A stretch of 54,940 nucleotides of DNA, filler included, from Jimgerdemannia flammicorona (GCA_003990765.1; 3 parts of 3 records of this genome joined end to end with filler, not necessarily neighbours in it), one strand, 5' to 3'. Positions 22,937 to 36,391 are shown, numbered from the whole stretch's first letter. Numbers and translations: made by a program. The notes: generated by a model not told the origin, from the sequence alone.

Positions 22937-25900
22937 ACAAGCTGACCTCTCATTTGTCGCCGACTGAGAAGGGCGCTAGGCTGCAGCGCATTTACATTGA
23001 CGGATTTGCCCATCTTAAGATCGGGCAGATTCGGAAGAACTTATACAATGTCCATGTGATGTTGTCAAAAGTTCTCAACATGTCGTACGTCTCGGCGTTG
23101 ACTATCGAATTCCTGCTCTGCCCTGATTATATCACAGCATTCCAAAAGAAGATGAAGGTGCTCAGGTTCTCGGTGCTGTCAGCCTGGGACCCCATGCTCC
23201 CATGTAACAAGAATGCCACAGAGGCTGTGAAGACATAGATACTCCAATCATTCCATGCTCAGGTCCGGTAGCTGGCAGGCGAAGCCACTGCGAAGAGGCC
23301 TGAGGTGCAGACCTTCTACCGAGCTTGGGCTGTGGAACTCAGCCTTACTCTCCCCTCCCCTGCCTCCCTGTCGGCCAGCTCTGCTTCGAAGGCAGGTGGT
23401 ACTGTGGCCATGATGGGTGATATGGCGATGGATCTGGAAGCCGAAGCTTCCTCCTCAGGTGCTTCCCACGCTGTTGGCGCTAATGCACCCGGCCCACAAT
23501 AAGAGTTAGGTTCCTCAATGCATACGGACTACCCCAGAACAAGTTCGATATGCTCAGTTGGCTGATTGGTCCTGCCCTCAATGTTCTTTTCTTATGTGAA
23601 ACGTGGCACATTCCGCTGCGTCCCTCTCTACTCATTCACATGTTCTCTCCTCCGGCGTCGGACAGGATTGTGGTTCACCAGAATGGTGGTCTCGTGGTCC
23701 TTGTGTCAAACCGTTTCACCCCCCTTATTTCCGGGTCCTCCGCTGATCCCTTCCATATCCGGCTCATGTTCCAGGGCCTGGCTTTAGTTGGGGTTTATGC
23801 CCCCCCTTCTCTTCCCATTGGTAGCTTCCGTGATTTGGTGTCTGGACCCTTCCCGGGTAAGGCCCTTTTGATCGGTGACATCAATACCCATTTCGGTGCC
23901 TGCCTTGGTGACATCAACTCTGGTCCTCGCAATCAGATAGATGTCGTCGACACCTCTCTGATGACATGGTCATTGAACCACCTGACCCCAGTGGCTGGAT
24001 CCACATGTGTTGATCACGCGTTCGCCACCGCGTCCCTCCACGCGTCCCTTACTTGCTCCACCCCTCCTGTCGCTACCAACCACCCCTCCCTCCTCACTGT
24101 CTCCTTCCCCTTCTCCCCCTTGCTAGTTGCTGCCTTGGCTGGCATCCGTCATTATTCTGCGAGATACCTGACTGACCCAGTCATCCAAGCTCACCTTCAG
24201 GAATCAGTGGATATCATTTGCAATACCGTTATCAGGTCTATCTACTCGCTCAGAGACCACATCGCCAGCTTTCACTCTGTGGATGATTGCCAGCAGTTTG
24301 TGGATTCCCTTGACGCCCTTTTGACCTCTGGTCTACAGTCTGTCTGTGAGGACATTCTTGGCTCATATGACGCAAGAGAAATCAGGGTAGTGCCGCTCCT
24401 CCGGTGAGACCTTCTTCACAATGCATCTTCGGTCTCTGATGCCATCTGTGGTTTCAAGCGAGCATACTGCTCCACCCCCTCTACTCCCCCTCAGTCTCGC
24501 TCCCCCAATGTCCTGGTGTTCAATAATGTGGTTGCTCACTTCACCACTATCTTCGGCCAGCCGGACGCCTCCCTCTGCCTTGATGACTCTGAGGATGTCT
24601 TCCCCCTTAGCGTGGGTGCTCTTGTGCTGCAGTTTTGGTTTGACCAACCTGCAGTTTGGAGGGCTGTCCACAGCTACACCCTCTCAAAGGCATGTGGTGC
24701 CGACTCCTTGCATGTCCGGATCCTTCGGGTGATGGCAGGTGAGAAGGACACCCCTTGTAGCCTTTCGAAGGCCCTTTCGTTCTTCTTCCAGATGTGCATG
24801 GTCTGGGGGCTCACTCCCTGCCACTGGAACTCAGCCATCATCACCCCGGTCCCCAAGAAGGAGGAATCATGAATGATTGATGGATTTCGCCCTATTGCTC
24901 TGACTGAAATATTTCATAGACTCTTCAAGCGGTATTTGGAAGGTTACGTCAAAAGCCGAAGTAACCTGACAGAAATGTCGCGCTGCCAAGGTGGCTTCTG
25001 AACCCGCTTCTTGTCCCTTTCTCATGTCTTGTTATTGCATGAGACGTGGGCTAAGAGATGGAGCTGCTGTGTCTTTTTGGACCTCCGGCAGGCATATGAT
25101 CAAGTCCCCCTCAAGCATTCTTTCTCACCTTGAGGCACGAGGTGCCAATGTGGCCCTCCTTAGCATTATTCGAAGTCTGTTCAATCACTGTTCTTATCAG
25201 GTAGTTGTTAATGGCCTCGTCACCCCTTTGGTCCCCACTGAGTGCAGCCTCTTCCAGGGCTCCCTCCACTCCCCTTAGCTATTTGATGTCTTCATCGACC
25301 CCCTCGCCGCCTCCTTTGATGAGTAGTTCAAGGAGTACGACTTCCCCCTCAGACTTTTCTTTGCTGATGATATTGCCCTTACCCCCTGCACTGCTGCGGA
25401 AGGGCAAAGGATGGTTGATTTTTGCGAGGATTGACTCTGGGTGAACGGTATGGAGCTCAATCCCAAGAAGTGTGGTTATGTTGGCCCATCTGACTGTACT
25501 ATGCTGATTGGGGGCAAACCCTGCCCGTGACTCACCTCCTATGTGTACCTGGGCATGCCGTACACCAACAAAGGGTTTGACTTTGTCAACCTTGCATTGC
25601 AGAATGTGGCAAAGGCAGAATGAACTCTTGGATTCTGCCGTGCCCATGGTCCCCTCTGGTCGCCAATGGTCAAGCTGGCCATCATATGTACTTTCATCAG
25701 GCCTCAGCTGGAGTATGGCCTCCCCCTTCTACGAGCTTCCTGTACAGCTACTACCACGGGGCTTCAGGTGTTGAAGCATCCCGAGCAGGTCTATGATGAC
25801 GCTATCACTTGGGTGGTTTGATTTTCCGGCCGTCCTTTGCTTGGCAGTTTGATTCTTGGCCTCCCCTCCTTCCTTCATCATATGTCTGACCTCTGCTGCA

Positions 25901-26948
25901 TATTCCAAGCCTATCTGGATTGGTGTAGCAAGTCGGGCAACAACCCTATCAGCCCCCTTAGCGAGCGCTTTGTCATGCATTCCCCAGGTTCTATTATTGA
26001 CAAGTTCTGGCGTTGGACCTCTTGGCTTGACTTCCTCGACTAGTACTGGGACCTTCATCTCCAGGCCCGCAAGACTCGCTCGCTCCACTCCTTCCTCCAG
26101 TCCTTCCTTCGGGATCAGCTGCTACAGGAATGGGCCTCCTCCTCCCAGGCTCTTGTTTGGTATATCACCCCCAAAGGCTGCTTGCAGTCGCGGGGTGCCG
26201 ACTGTGTCCTCTCCTTCCCCCCCTGGCTTGTGCGTTCTGCCCTCGCCTAGCGCTATGGCTACTTTGGCCAACCCCGCCCCTGCCCCTGTGGAGATAAGTT
26301 TCATCATGGCCATCTCCTCAGGTGTGGTCTTCTCGACGGTTCATATTCTGCTTTCCGAGGTTCTTCCAATCATGCTGAACAGCTCGATTGGTTTACCAAT
26401 GATGAATGGCAGAAGGAACTTTGTGCCTACCCTCTTCACGCTCTTCACGAGATAGCCTACCATGCTATAGACATCATGTGTAATTCTGGTGGCCATCTCG
26501 TGGTCAGGTTCTGCCTGACCGAGATTACGAAGATGCTTGGGTGATCAAGTGATCACATATTTTCTTTATTTCCTTCTTTCCCCTCATTCGCTTTGGTTGG
26601 TTCCCTTGTTGTTGAGAGCGCATTGAGTTATTCACCTCATGTCAGTCATTTGGTGTTTAGTTGTTGATACAGTTCATGTAGTTGGCACCAGGCGAATGTG
26701 TACTATATCTTAGCTTTCTCCTTCTTGCTTTTTGCATTTATTGTCTTTATGACCATGACAAAATGGTTTTATCCAGCCCGTCCATAGGGTGGTCACCTCT
26801 CTGGCCTTTGTTTTGTACTTCTTAGCTAGTTGTTTACTTCGCTGGCCTTGTTTTGCTTCTCTCATCTTAGGAGTCTTTGTCTTTTGTTGCTCCGATGTAC
26901 CTTTCCTTCTCTACAATGAATAAATTCTTACTTGAAGCCTAACCCTAA
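22933..26948 (+). mobile_element. Copy B: 5'-truncated in ORF1, near-complete APE-RT ORF2 (~23499-26666, disrupted)
   Basis: APE motifs FLNAYGL, LCETW, NGGL, GVYAPPS, IGDINT, VDHAF, TNHP; RT motifs KACGADSL, ITPVPKK, FRPIALT, CQGGF, FLDLRQAYD, LFQGS, FLADDI; ends GCCTAACCCTAA. Confidence 0.95.
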
Positions 26949-27268
26949 GTATCTCATATCAATCATTTGGTATTTGGGCATTAATATTATTCTCATAGTT
27001 GGTACCAGATATTTGTGTATTATATTTAGTCTCTCTCTTCTTTGCTTTTTGTATTTATTATTCTTATGGCCATGACAAAATGATATATCCAGTCTATCTA
27101 TAGAGTAGTTACCTCTCTGGTCTTTTGTTTCTTTCTTCTTAGTTAATATTTACTTCCCTGGTCTCTTTTTGCTTTACTTACCTCAGAAGTCTTTACTGTT
27201 TATTGCTCTGATATATCTTATCTTCTCTACAATTAATAAATCCTTACTTGAAGCCTAACACTAACTAA
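26949..27268 (+). mobile_element. Copy C: 3' UTR-only fragment
   Basis: Colinear with the last ~320 bp of copies A and B; ends GCCTAACACTAACTAA. Confidence 0.9.
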
Positions 27269-27459
27269 GCCACTCATGTGATTTTCCCATTTAGCTAGAC
27301 TTAGCTTTATGACCTAATTAGCTAAGCCTCTTATTAGGTATAAATATTCCCTTTTATATTATTTTTTCATTGTATAAATAATGGTCATGTGACCTGCATT
27401 TTGCAATTTCAAATAAATAAATAAATACATCTCTATCTATTTCTGCAATATCAGCCACC

Positions 27460-27511
<52 letters not shown>

Positions 27512-30500
27512 TATTTATGTAATAAAATACATTGACCTTACCTCTATATGATCTCTGAAGGGTCCTCCACCCCCTACCCCTTCATAATATTCAACATAAC
27601 ATTTCTCTGTAGTATCTACCATCAGCCATCTCCTCTATCATTAGTACAAATACTACCTACCTCTATATATACTTTATATCTTACTCTACTATACTGAATG
27701 TCATGACATCAGTCTCCTTTCTCTCAGTTTTGAAAAGAGTAGCCTTATATTGATATAAATGTTATGCAGGGATATCTGACGGATATGTATCAGTAAATTT
27801 ATCTTCTCTATGTGATATTGAAAATAATGAAGAGATTGCAATCTCTTCTAATTCATACCACAATGCTCAGCATCTACTCTTCTCTCCCATGCCCCTGACC
27901 CTCAATTATAATAAGTGTGGTTGACCAAACACTAGTTTGAGAATAACCCCAACTATTACTTATGTAGATCTCTCAGCTGACACTGATCTAGTTACAGAGA
28001 TGGCCATGATGAGAAAGAAGATCTTAGATCTGCTGACTCAAGTGGCTGATTTGATCAAGATCAATGTCAAATGATAGTGCAGCTTGCTACACAATTGGCA
28101 CTCACTGCTTCTATATCTTCTGGTACTCCTTCAGAAAAGACTCCTACTACCCCATCCTTATCTACTACCTCCAAATTCTCAGTCCCCCCTTCTATTGGTG
28201 GTCAAAGGCCAAGAAATAAGTAGACAAGCAGACTGCTAAAGCCAACATATCACAGTCTGGTATACTACCAAAGAAGATAACTCCCATGGTTGTACCTCTA
28301 GCTACTAAAGCCATATCTTCTAAAAAGGACAAGGCCAAAGCCCCCAGGCCAGTACCCCAGACTATATCAGTGGGACTCAGTGTCACCAGTCTATCTTCAT
28401 CTCTCTCTTTGGCCCCCTCTAAATTATATACTAATACTACCAAGAGGGTCTCTATCAAAGATAGGACCCAGGTCTACTCTGAGACTGAAAGAGCTGCTGT
28501 TGCTATATTCCTTTCATACATGACCCATAAACTAATCTTTCATTTATCACCAACTAAAAGAAGTACTCAGCTACAGTATATTTGTATTGACATATTTGCC
28601 TATCTTAAAATTGGATAGGTTTGGAAGAATCTATATAATGTCTATATAATATTGTCAATCTCAAAATATCATATATCTCAGTATCAACTATTGAATTCTT
28701 CCTATATCCTGATTATGTTATTGTATTCTAAAAGAATATTAAGATGCTTGGGTTCATGTTACTCTTTATCTTAGACCCTATACTCCACTGAAATAAGAAT
28801 ACTATAGAGGCTGTGAAGACTCATATCCTTCAATCTCTCTATGCTCAAGTCTGACAGTTGGCTGGCAATATTACTGCAAAGAGGCCCAAGGTACAGATCT
28901 TCTACAAGATATGGGCTATGGACCTTCATCTCACCCTCCTCCCTCTTACCCCCTTGATGGCTGGCCCTGCTTCAAAGACAAGTAGTACTGTGGCCATAAC
29001 TAGAGAGATAGTGATAGATTTGGAAGCTGAATATTCCTCTTCAGATGCTTCTCATACTATTGATACTAGTGTGCTCAGCCTACAATGAGAGTCAGATTCC
29101 TCAATGCATATAGACTAACTCAGAACAAGTTCAATATACTTAGTCAATTCTTTTTATATATAAAAAGTGACACATTTTGCTATATCTCTCTCTACTTATT
29201 TATATGTCTTTTCCTCTGGTATCATATGGGATTATGGGCCTACAGAATAGTAGTCTTGTAGTTCTCATATTAAACCATTTTGTCCCACTTGTTTCTGAGT
29301 CCTCTGCTGACCCCTTTAATATCTTGTTCATGATCCAGAGCCTGGCTTTGGTCAGGGTTTATGTCTCCCTCTCTCTTTCTATTGGTGGCTTCTAAGATCT
29401 TTTATCTGGTCCCTTCCCAGATAAGATTCTTTTGATTAGAAATATTAATATATACTTTGGTACCTGACTTGGTAATATTAACTTTGATAATAGAGATTAG
29501 ATAGATGTTGTTGACACCTCTCTAATGATATGATTGCTAAATCACACAACTCTGGTAGCTGGATCCATTCATGTTGATCATGCATTTGCCACAATATCTC
29601 TCTATGCATCTCTCATCTGCTCTATCTTCCCTATTGCTACTGACCACCCTTTCTTCCTTACTGTCTCCTTTTCCTTCTCCTCCTCACTGGTTGCTGTCCT
29701 GGCTGATATTTACCATTATTCTACAAAGTATCTGACTGATCCAGTCATTTAAGTTCACCTTCAGGAATCAGTGGATATCATTTGTAATAATATTGTCAGG
29801 TCCATTTACTCTGTCTAGGACCACATCATTGACTTTTACTTTGTGGAAGATTGTCAGCAGTTTGTAGATTCCCTTAACTTCCTTTTGACCTCTGGTCTAT
29901 AGTCTGTCTGTAAGGACATTCTGGGCTCATAAGATGTCAGAGAGATCAGGGCAGTACAGCTCCCACAGTGGGACCTACTTGTAGTGCATCTTTAGTCTCT
30001 GATACTATTTATGGTTTTAAGTACATATATCACTCCACTCTTCTGGTTTCTCTCCAATCTCCCATTGTATAATGTAGTTGCTTATTTTACCACTATCTTC
30101 AGCCAGCTGGATGCCTTCTTATGCCTCAATGACTCTGAGGATGTCTTTTTCCTTAGCATGGAGGCCCTTGAGCTACAGTTATGATTTGATCAGACTATAG
30201 TTTGAAGGGCCATCCATAGCTACCCTCTCATAAAGATCTGTGGGTCTAACTCCTTGTATGTCCAGATTCTATAGGTGATGGCAGATGAGAAGAATACTCC
30301 CTATAGTCTATTGAAAGCTTTGTCCTTTTTCTTCCAGGTGTGTATGGTTTGAGAGCTCTCTCCATGTAGCTAGGATTCTGCTATCATTACTCTAGTTCTT
30401 AAGAAAAAGAAATCTCAGACAATTGATGGATTTTGTTCTATTGCTCTCACCAAAATATTTTGTAGACTCTTTGAGTAGTGTTTGGAAGGTTATATTAAGA

Positions 30501-32554
30501 GCCAAAGTGGTCTGACAGAAATGTCATACTACCTAGACAAATTCTATACCCACTTCTCATCCCTTTCCCATGTCTTGCTCTCACATAAAATATGGACCAA
30601 GAGATAAAGCCACTATGTCTTTCTTGACCTCCAGCAGACATATAATAGAGTTCTCCTCAAGTTTATTCTTACTTGCCTTAAGGAATAAGGAGTCACTGCA
30701 GTTCTCCTTAGTATCATTAGGAGTCTGTTCAATCAGTATTCCTATTAGGTAGTTATTAATGGCCTTATTACCACTTCAGTCCCAACTGAGCACAGCTTCT
30801 TCCAGAGCTCTCTCCTCTCTACTTAGCTCTTTGACATATTCTTTAACTCTCTTGCCACCTCCTTTGATAAGCATTTTAAAGAGTATGTCTTCTGCCTTGG
30901 GTTTTTCTTTACTAATGATATTGCCCTCACCCCCCATACTATCACTGAAGAGCAGAGGATGGTTGACTTTTGTGAGCACTGGCTCTTGGTGAATGGTATG
31001 GAACTCAACCTCAAGAAGTACAGATATATTGGTCCTGCTGACTATACTATATAGATTGGAGGTAAATCCTATCCATGACCCCTCACCTATATATATCTGG
31101 GTATTCCATATACTAATAAAGAGTTTGACTTTGTCAGTCTTGTATTACAGAATGTAGTGAAGGCAGAATAAACTCTTTGGTTCTACTATACCTATAGTCC
31201 TCTATGATTACCAATTGTCAAGCTGACCATTGTATGTACCTTCATTAGGCCTTAGTTAGAGTATGGCCTTCTTTTCTATGAGCTTTCTGTCCAGTAACTA
31301 CTATGGGGCTTCAGATGTTAAAGCCCTAAGTAGGTCTTTGATAATGCTATCACTTGGGTGGTTGGATTTTCTGGCTATCTCTTACTTGGCAGTTCAATTC
31401 TTGGCCTCTCTTCCTTCCTTTGTCATACATTGTACCTCTGCTATATATTCCAAGCTCATCTGGATTGATGTAACAAGTCCGGCTACAACTCTATTGACTC
31501 TCTTAGTGAGTACTTTGTCATATATCTCCTGGGTTCTATTATTGATAAGTTCTGATAATGGATCTCTTGGCTTGACTTTCTTGACTAGTACTGAGATCTT
31601 TGTCCCCAGATCTGCAAGACTTACTCTCTTTCCTCCTTCTTCTTATCATTCCTCCTGGATTAGCTACTTCAGGAATAGGCCTCCTCTTTTTATGCCCTTA
31701 TTCAATATATCACTCCCAAAGACCACTTGTGATCTAGGGGAGCTAACTATGTTCTCCTTTCTCTCCTGATTTGTGCATTCTGCTCTCACCTAGTATTATG
31801 GCTATTTTGGCCAACTCTACCTCTGGTTCTATGAGATAAGTTTCATTATAGTCATCTCTTCAGATACAGTCTTCTTAACAGTTCATATTCTGCTTTTAGA
31901 GGTAATTCTAATTATAATGAATAGCTCAATTGGTTTACTGCTAATAAATTGCAGGAGGAACTTCACACCTACCCTCTTTATGCTCTTCATAAGTCAGCCT
32001 ACCATACTATTGATACCATGTATAATTCTGGTAACCATCTCATAGTCAGGTTTGGCCTGATTGAGATTTTGAAGATGCTTAAGAGATCAAGCAATTGTAC
32101 ATTTTCTTCATCTCCTTTTATCCCCTCATTTGTCTTAGTTGATTCTCTTGTCATTGAGAGTGCATTGAGTTATATATCTCATATCAGTTGCTTAGTGTTT
32201 GGTATCAATATTGTTCCTTTGGTTGGCACTGGGCATTTGTGTATTTTATCTTAGCTTCTCTTTTTTTTTGCTTTTTGTATTTATTATTCTTATGGTAATT
32301 AGAAAATTGTTTATCTAGCCCAACTGTATGGTGGTCATCTCTCTGATCTTTGTTTTGTTCTTCTTAGCTAGTTGTTTACTTCACTGGTCTCTTTTTGCTT
32401 TTTATATCCTAGCCAAGCTAAGCCATCCTTGTTTCACAATTGTCTGGACTGCTGTTCCTTTTCTCATCTTCAGAGTCTTAGCTATTTATTGTTCTTATAT
32501 ATATTACCTTCTCTATAATGAATAAAACTCTTACTTGAAGTCTAATTCTAACCC
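27269..32554 (+). mobile_element. Copy D: probably near full length (putative 5' UTR, ORF1 to 29088, ORF2 from 29085), strongly mutated
   Basis: 28523-32554 is colinear with copy B; upstream low-complexity ORF1 relic; ends GTCTAATTCTAACCC; 5' boundary uncertain. Confidence 0.88.
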
Positions 32555-33079
32555 TTCATATCTACCCTCTTTATACTCTTTACCAGACAGCTTACTATAC
32601 TATTAATATCATATATAATTCTGATATCTATCTTGTAGTCAGGTTCTGCTTGACTATGATTATAAAGATACTTAGACAATCAAGTGATTGTATATTTTCT
32701 TTACTCTCTTTCTTTCTCTCATTTACATTAATTGGTTCTTTGTCATTAAGAGTATATTGAGTTACTAATCTCATATTAGCCACTTAATGTTTAGTTATCA
32801 ATACTGTTTCTATAGTTAAAGCTAGGTATTTGTATATTTTATTTAGCTTGTCTCTTTTTTGCTTCTACATTTATTATCTTTATAGCAATGAATAAATATT
32901 TTACATCTCTCTAGTCTTTGTTTTATTCTTTTTAGCTAGTTGTTTACTTTACTGGCCTCTTTTTGCTTTTCTCATTCTAAGATTTTTTGCATTAATTGCT
33001 CTGATATATCTTTTCTTCTCTACAATGAATAAACTCTTACTTTAAGCCTAACCCTAACCCTACTCTACCCTAACCCTAA
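32555..33079 (+). mobile_element. Copy E: 3' fragment with the longest telomeric tail
   Basis: Colinear with the last ~530 bp of the element; ends CCTAACCCTAACCCTACTCTACCCTAACCCTAA (33047-33079). Confidence 0.9.
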
Positions 33080-33385
33080 TATATTTCCTAATATCTAATC
33101 TTGGCTAAAATATGACCTCTAACTTCTTTATACTTCTGTCTAGCTACTACTATAGGTCTTTAGATTTTAAAGTATCTTTACAAGATTAATAATATGTAAT
33201 GTTATTAATTAGTTAATCAGATTTTCTAATAAATCCTTACTAATAATTCATTTCTCTACTTTCTTTCTTTTATTATTATATATTAGATATCTACTATATA
33301 TTTTAAGCCTATTTAGATTAGTATAATAAGTCTAATAATAATCTCATTTATTCTATTAGTAAGTGTTTTATCATATATCTTCTAA
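33080..33385 (+). mobile_element. Copy F: very decayed fragment of the RT C-terminal region
   Basis: Still alignable by eye to ~21680-21975 (ttctgtctagctactactatagg vs tcctgtccagctactaccatggg). Confidence 0.7.
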
Positions 33386-35546
33386 AAGAAAGCTATCTTT
33401 ATATCTCTATACTTTAGATCTATCTCTATACTTTCTCTTTTTAGATAAAAAAGAGTTAAGATAATAATTTTCTAATTTATTTCACTTTCACTAAATTAAC
33501 TATATCTCAATAACTAACTTGAATCTTTAAGATTTGGATTTCTATAAATTACTTTAAAATCAAATCTATTCTTATTTTCTATCTATTTACAAGTATATAT
33601 ATATTTTCTTTTATTATTATATATTATTCTGTTAGTATCTATTTTAGAGTTTAATAGCTTTACTTTTCTTAATTATTCATAGTTTTACTATAGGCAATAA
33701 TACTCATTCTTCTATCAGGCTTATTTATTAGTAAATATATTATATACTATATTAAAAACTCTTCTTATATATTTACACTAGCTTCAGTTAGTACTCTATC
33801 TTTAGAAGCTCATTTAGTCACTCTTCTCAATTACTCCTCATATTAGAGTAATGATAAAAACCTACTTCAATTAGATTTTACTTTAGTTTTTATTACTTTT
33901 TCTATATTAAGCAATCTCTCTATCTTTATATCTTATATAATTCTTTCTTATCTTTCTTTGTAAGAATTTTTACTTTATCTCTGTAAACTCTTATACTACT
34001 CTATTTTCTTATTTATATCTATATATTTAATTCTTCTTATAATTTGTATTTTATATTAAAGAAAGATCTGCCTCTAATCTTTTCAGCTAGGTAAAAATAT
34101 TTTAATATCTTATAGAGTCTTTTAAACTATTCATAATTAGTAATATTTTCTCAAAGTATTTTTAGGTCTCTAATAATTTTATCCTCATTTTCTCTCTAGC
34201 TATATTCAGATTATATTTTATATTTATTTCTATATCTATATTCTTCTTAGTATTTAATCTAGTTAGTACTTAGCAATCTTTTTATCATCCTTAATCTCTA
34301 TTAACTTCTTTATTTCTTATATACTATTTATCAAATTATTAATTTATTCTTCTATCTCTACTAAAAAGTAGTATATTTCTCAGCAATTACTACTTAATCA
34401 GTCTCTCTTTTCACATTAACTTTATAGTTCTCAGCCTTCAATATTATAGTCATTATCTCAGACTTCTATCCCTCTTACTACTTTATACTCTTACTTATAC
34501 ATATTTATTACTGATAATATATAGATCTATCTTTTTTTGCTCATCTATAGTCAACTTTCTTATTACTAAAAATATTTAGCAAGTTTATCTAGACTTCTTC
34601 TATCTGAAGTCACTGACCTTCTTTTTTCAATAAAGTAACTCTAGCTCTAATACTAGTAGGCTTATTTTATCTTTTCTTCAAAATATCAACTAACTGAAAA
34701 TTCTCTTCTTTAATAATCTGCTCTTATCTAGTAATCTAAATTTAATTCTATATATACTTTTCATCATTATATCTATTATAGTATTCTTCTTTCAAATATT
34801 AGTTAACTCAAAAGAGTCTATCTCTCTTTATATTATATTTTTCTTGGTTTTGATATTTATTCATTTCTTCTATCTCTTCTCTAGCTTTACACTCTAATAT
34901 CTTCTTTAAACTAATCAATAGATTCAGTCATCTCTTCAGGATCTCTAACAGATCTTTTTTCTCTTTTTTACTCTCTTTTACTTCAAATAAAAAGTCCCAT
35001 ATCAGTATTAAATATCAGACTTTAGTCTTTTTAGTAGTCTTCTTTTTAGTAAGCTAGAGCCTTATATCTATATTTTTTATCTTGAATAAAGTTCCCTTTT
35101 ATATCTAGAATCTAATATCTATACTCTAACCTTACTTCTTCATTACTTCCTTCCCTCTTCTCTATATTTTAATAATTATTATTATTAAGATCTCTTTTAC
35201 TAAAAACTATACTAACCTTAGATCTTACTTTAGATATATTTATATAGCTTTATTATTTTCTTTACTTTTAACTCTTATTTTTTAATATCTTCTAAAGATC
35301 TCTTCTCTTTAAACTCTATCTTAACTCTCTCTTCCCTATTTAAAAAATTCATTAAGATAATATTATTTAGCTAATTTATTAGTAAGTATAAATTATTCTG
35401 ATAAATACTATAAATCTCCAGAAATATAATATTACTATATAATCTAAAATCAATTTCTTAAATAATAGAATTACTACTATTATCTATTATTAGATATCTC
35501 TATCTTAGTACTTTAGCTATTTAGTCCTACTATTACTCATTATATC

Positions 35547-35577
<31 letters not shown>

Positions 35578-36300
35578 CAGATCTATTATTATCTTACTAT
35601 CAGTAGTTATATCTAAATTCCTCTCTACTATCTTTCTAATTTCTATATTTTCTCTATTGAATAATACTTCTTCAGACTCTTTTTATATTCATCTTTACCT
35701 TTCTTTTCTTCTATCTATCATCAATATCTTTAGACCAGTCAACAGTCTTTATCTTATCTGGAAATCTTATTTACTCAAACTCTCTACAATTGTATTAGAC
35801 TACTAACTCTCTTTAACTTCTCTCTAACTACTTTTATAACTAAAAAAACTCATTTTATACTATAATCTCCTCTTATATATTACTATCTAAATATATCAGA
35901 TCTACTAGCCTCATATATCTATTAATTTTTTTTTTATTAATATATTAATAATATCTTTCTTTAATAAACTATATAATAAGTTGTAAATTTTATATTATAT
36001 AAATAATAATAAAGAGAAATAATTACATATTATTAATTTATAAGTAAAATATCAAAAATCAAATTATAGTTTAAAAAATATATATATATTATATATAAAT
36101 TATAAATACTAATAACTAATTATTATATAATATAATAGAATATACTTTTAATAACTAATATAATAAATATTAATTATTAAGTAAATTATATTATATAAAA
36201 TAATATTGATTTTTATATATTTATAAATATAAAAAAAAAACCCTTCAATATAAATTTTTACTTTTAAAAATCATTTTCTAACCAAACATCAGATTGATAC
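33386..36300. other. Extremely AT-rich, CpG-free, strand-skewed relic DNA
   Basis: No ORFs; pyrimidine-rich on +; grades into near-pure AT at ~35900-36270; source element not identifiable. Confidence 0.5.
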
Positions 36301-36391
36301 AAATCAGCAATATAGTAAAAATTGGTAAAGAAATATATATAAAGAATAAAATTTCATAAAAAGAGACAAAATGATAACAGACAAAATCATA

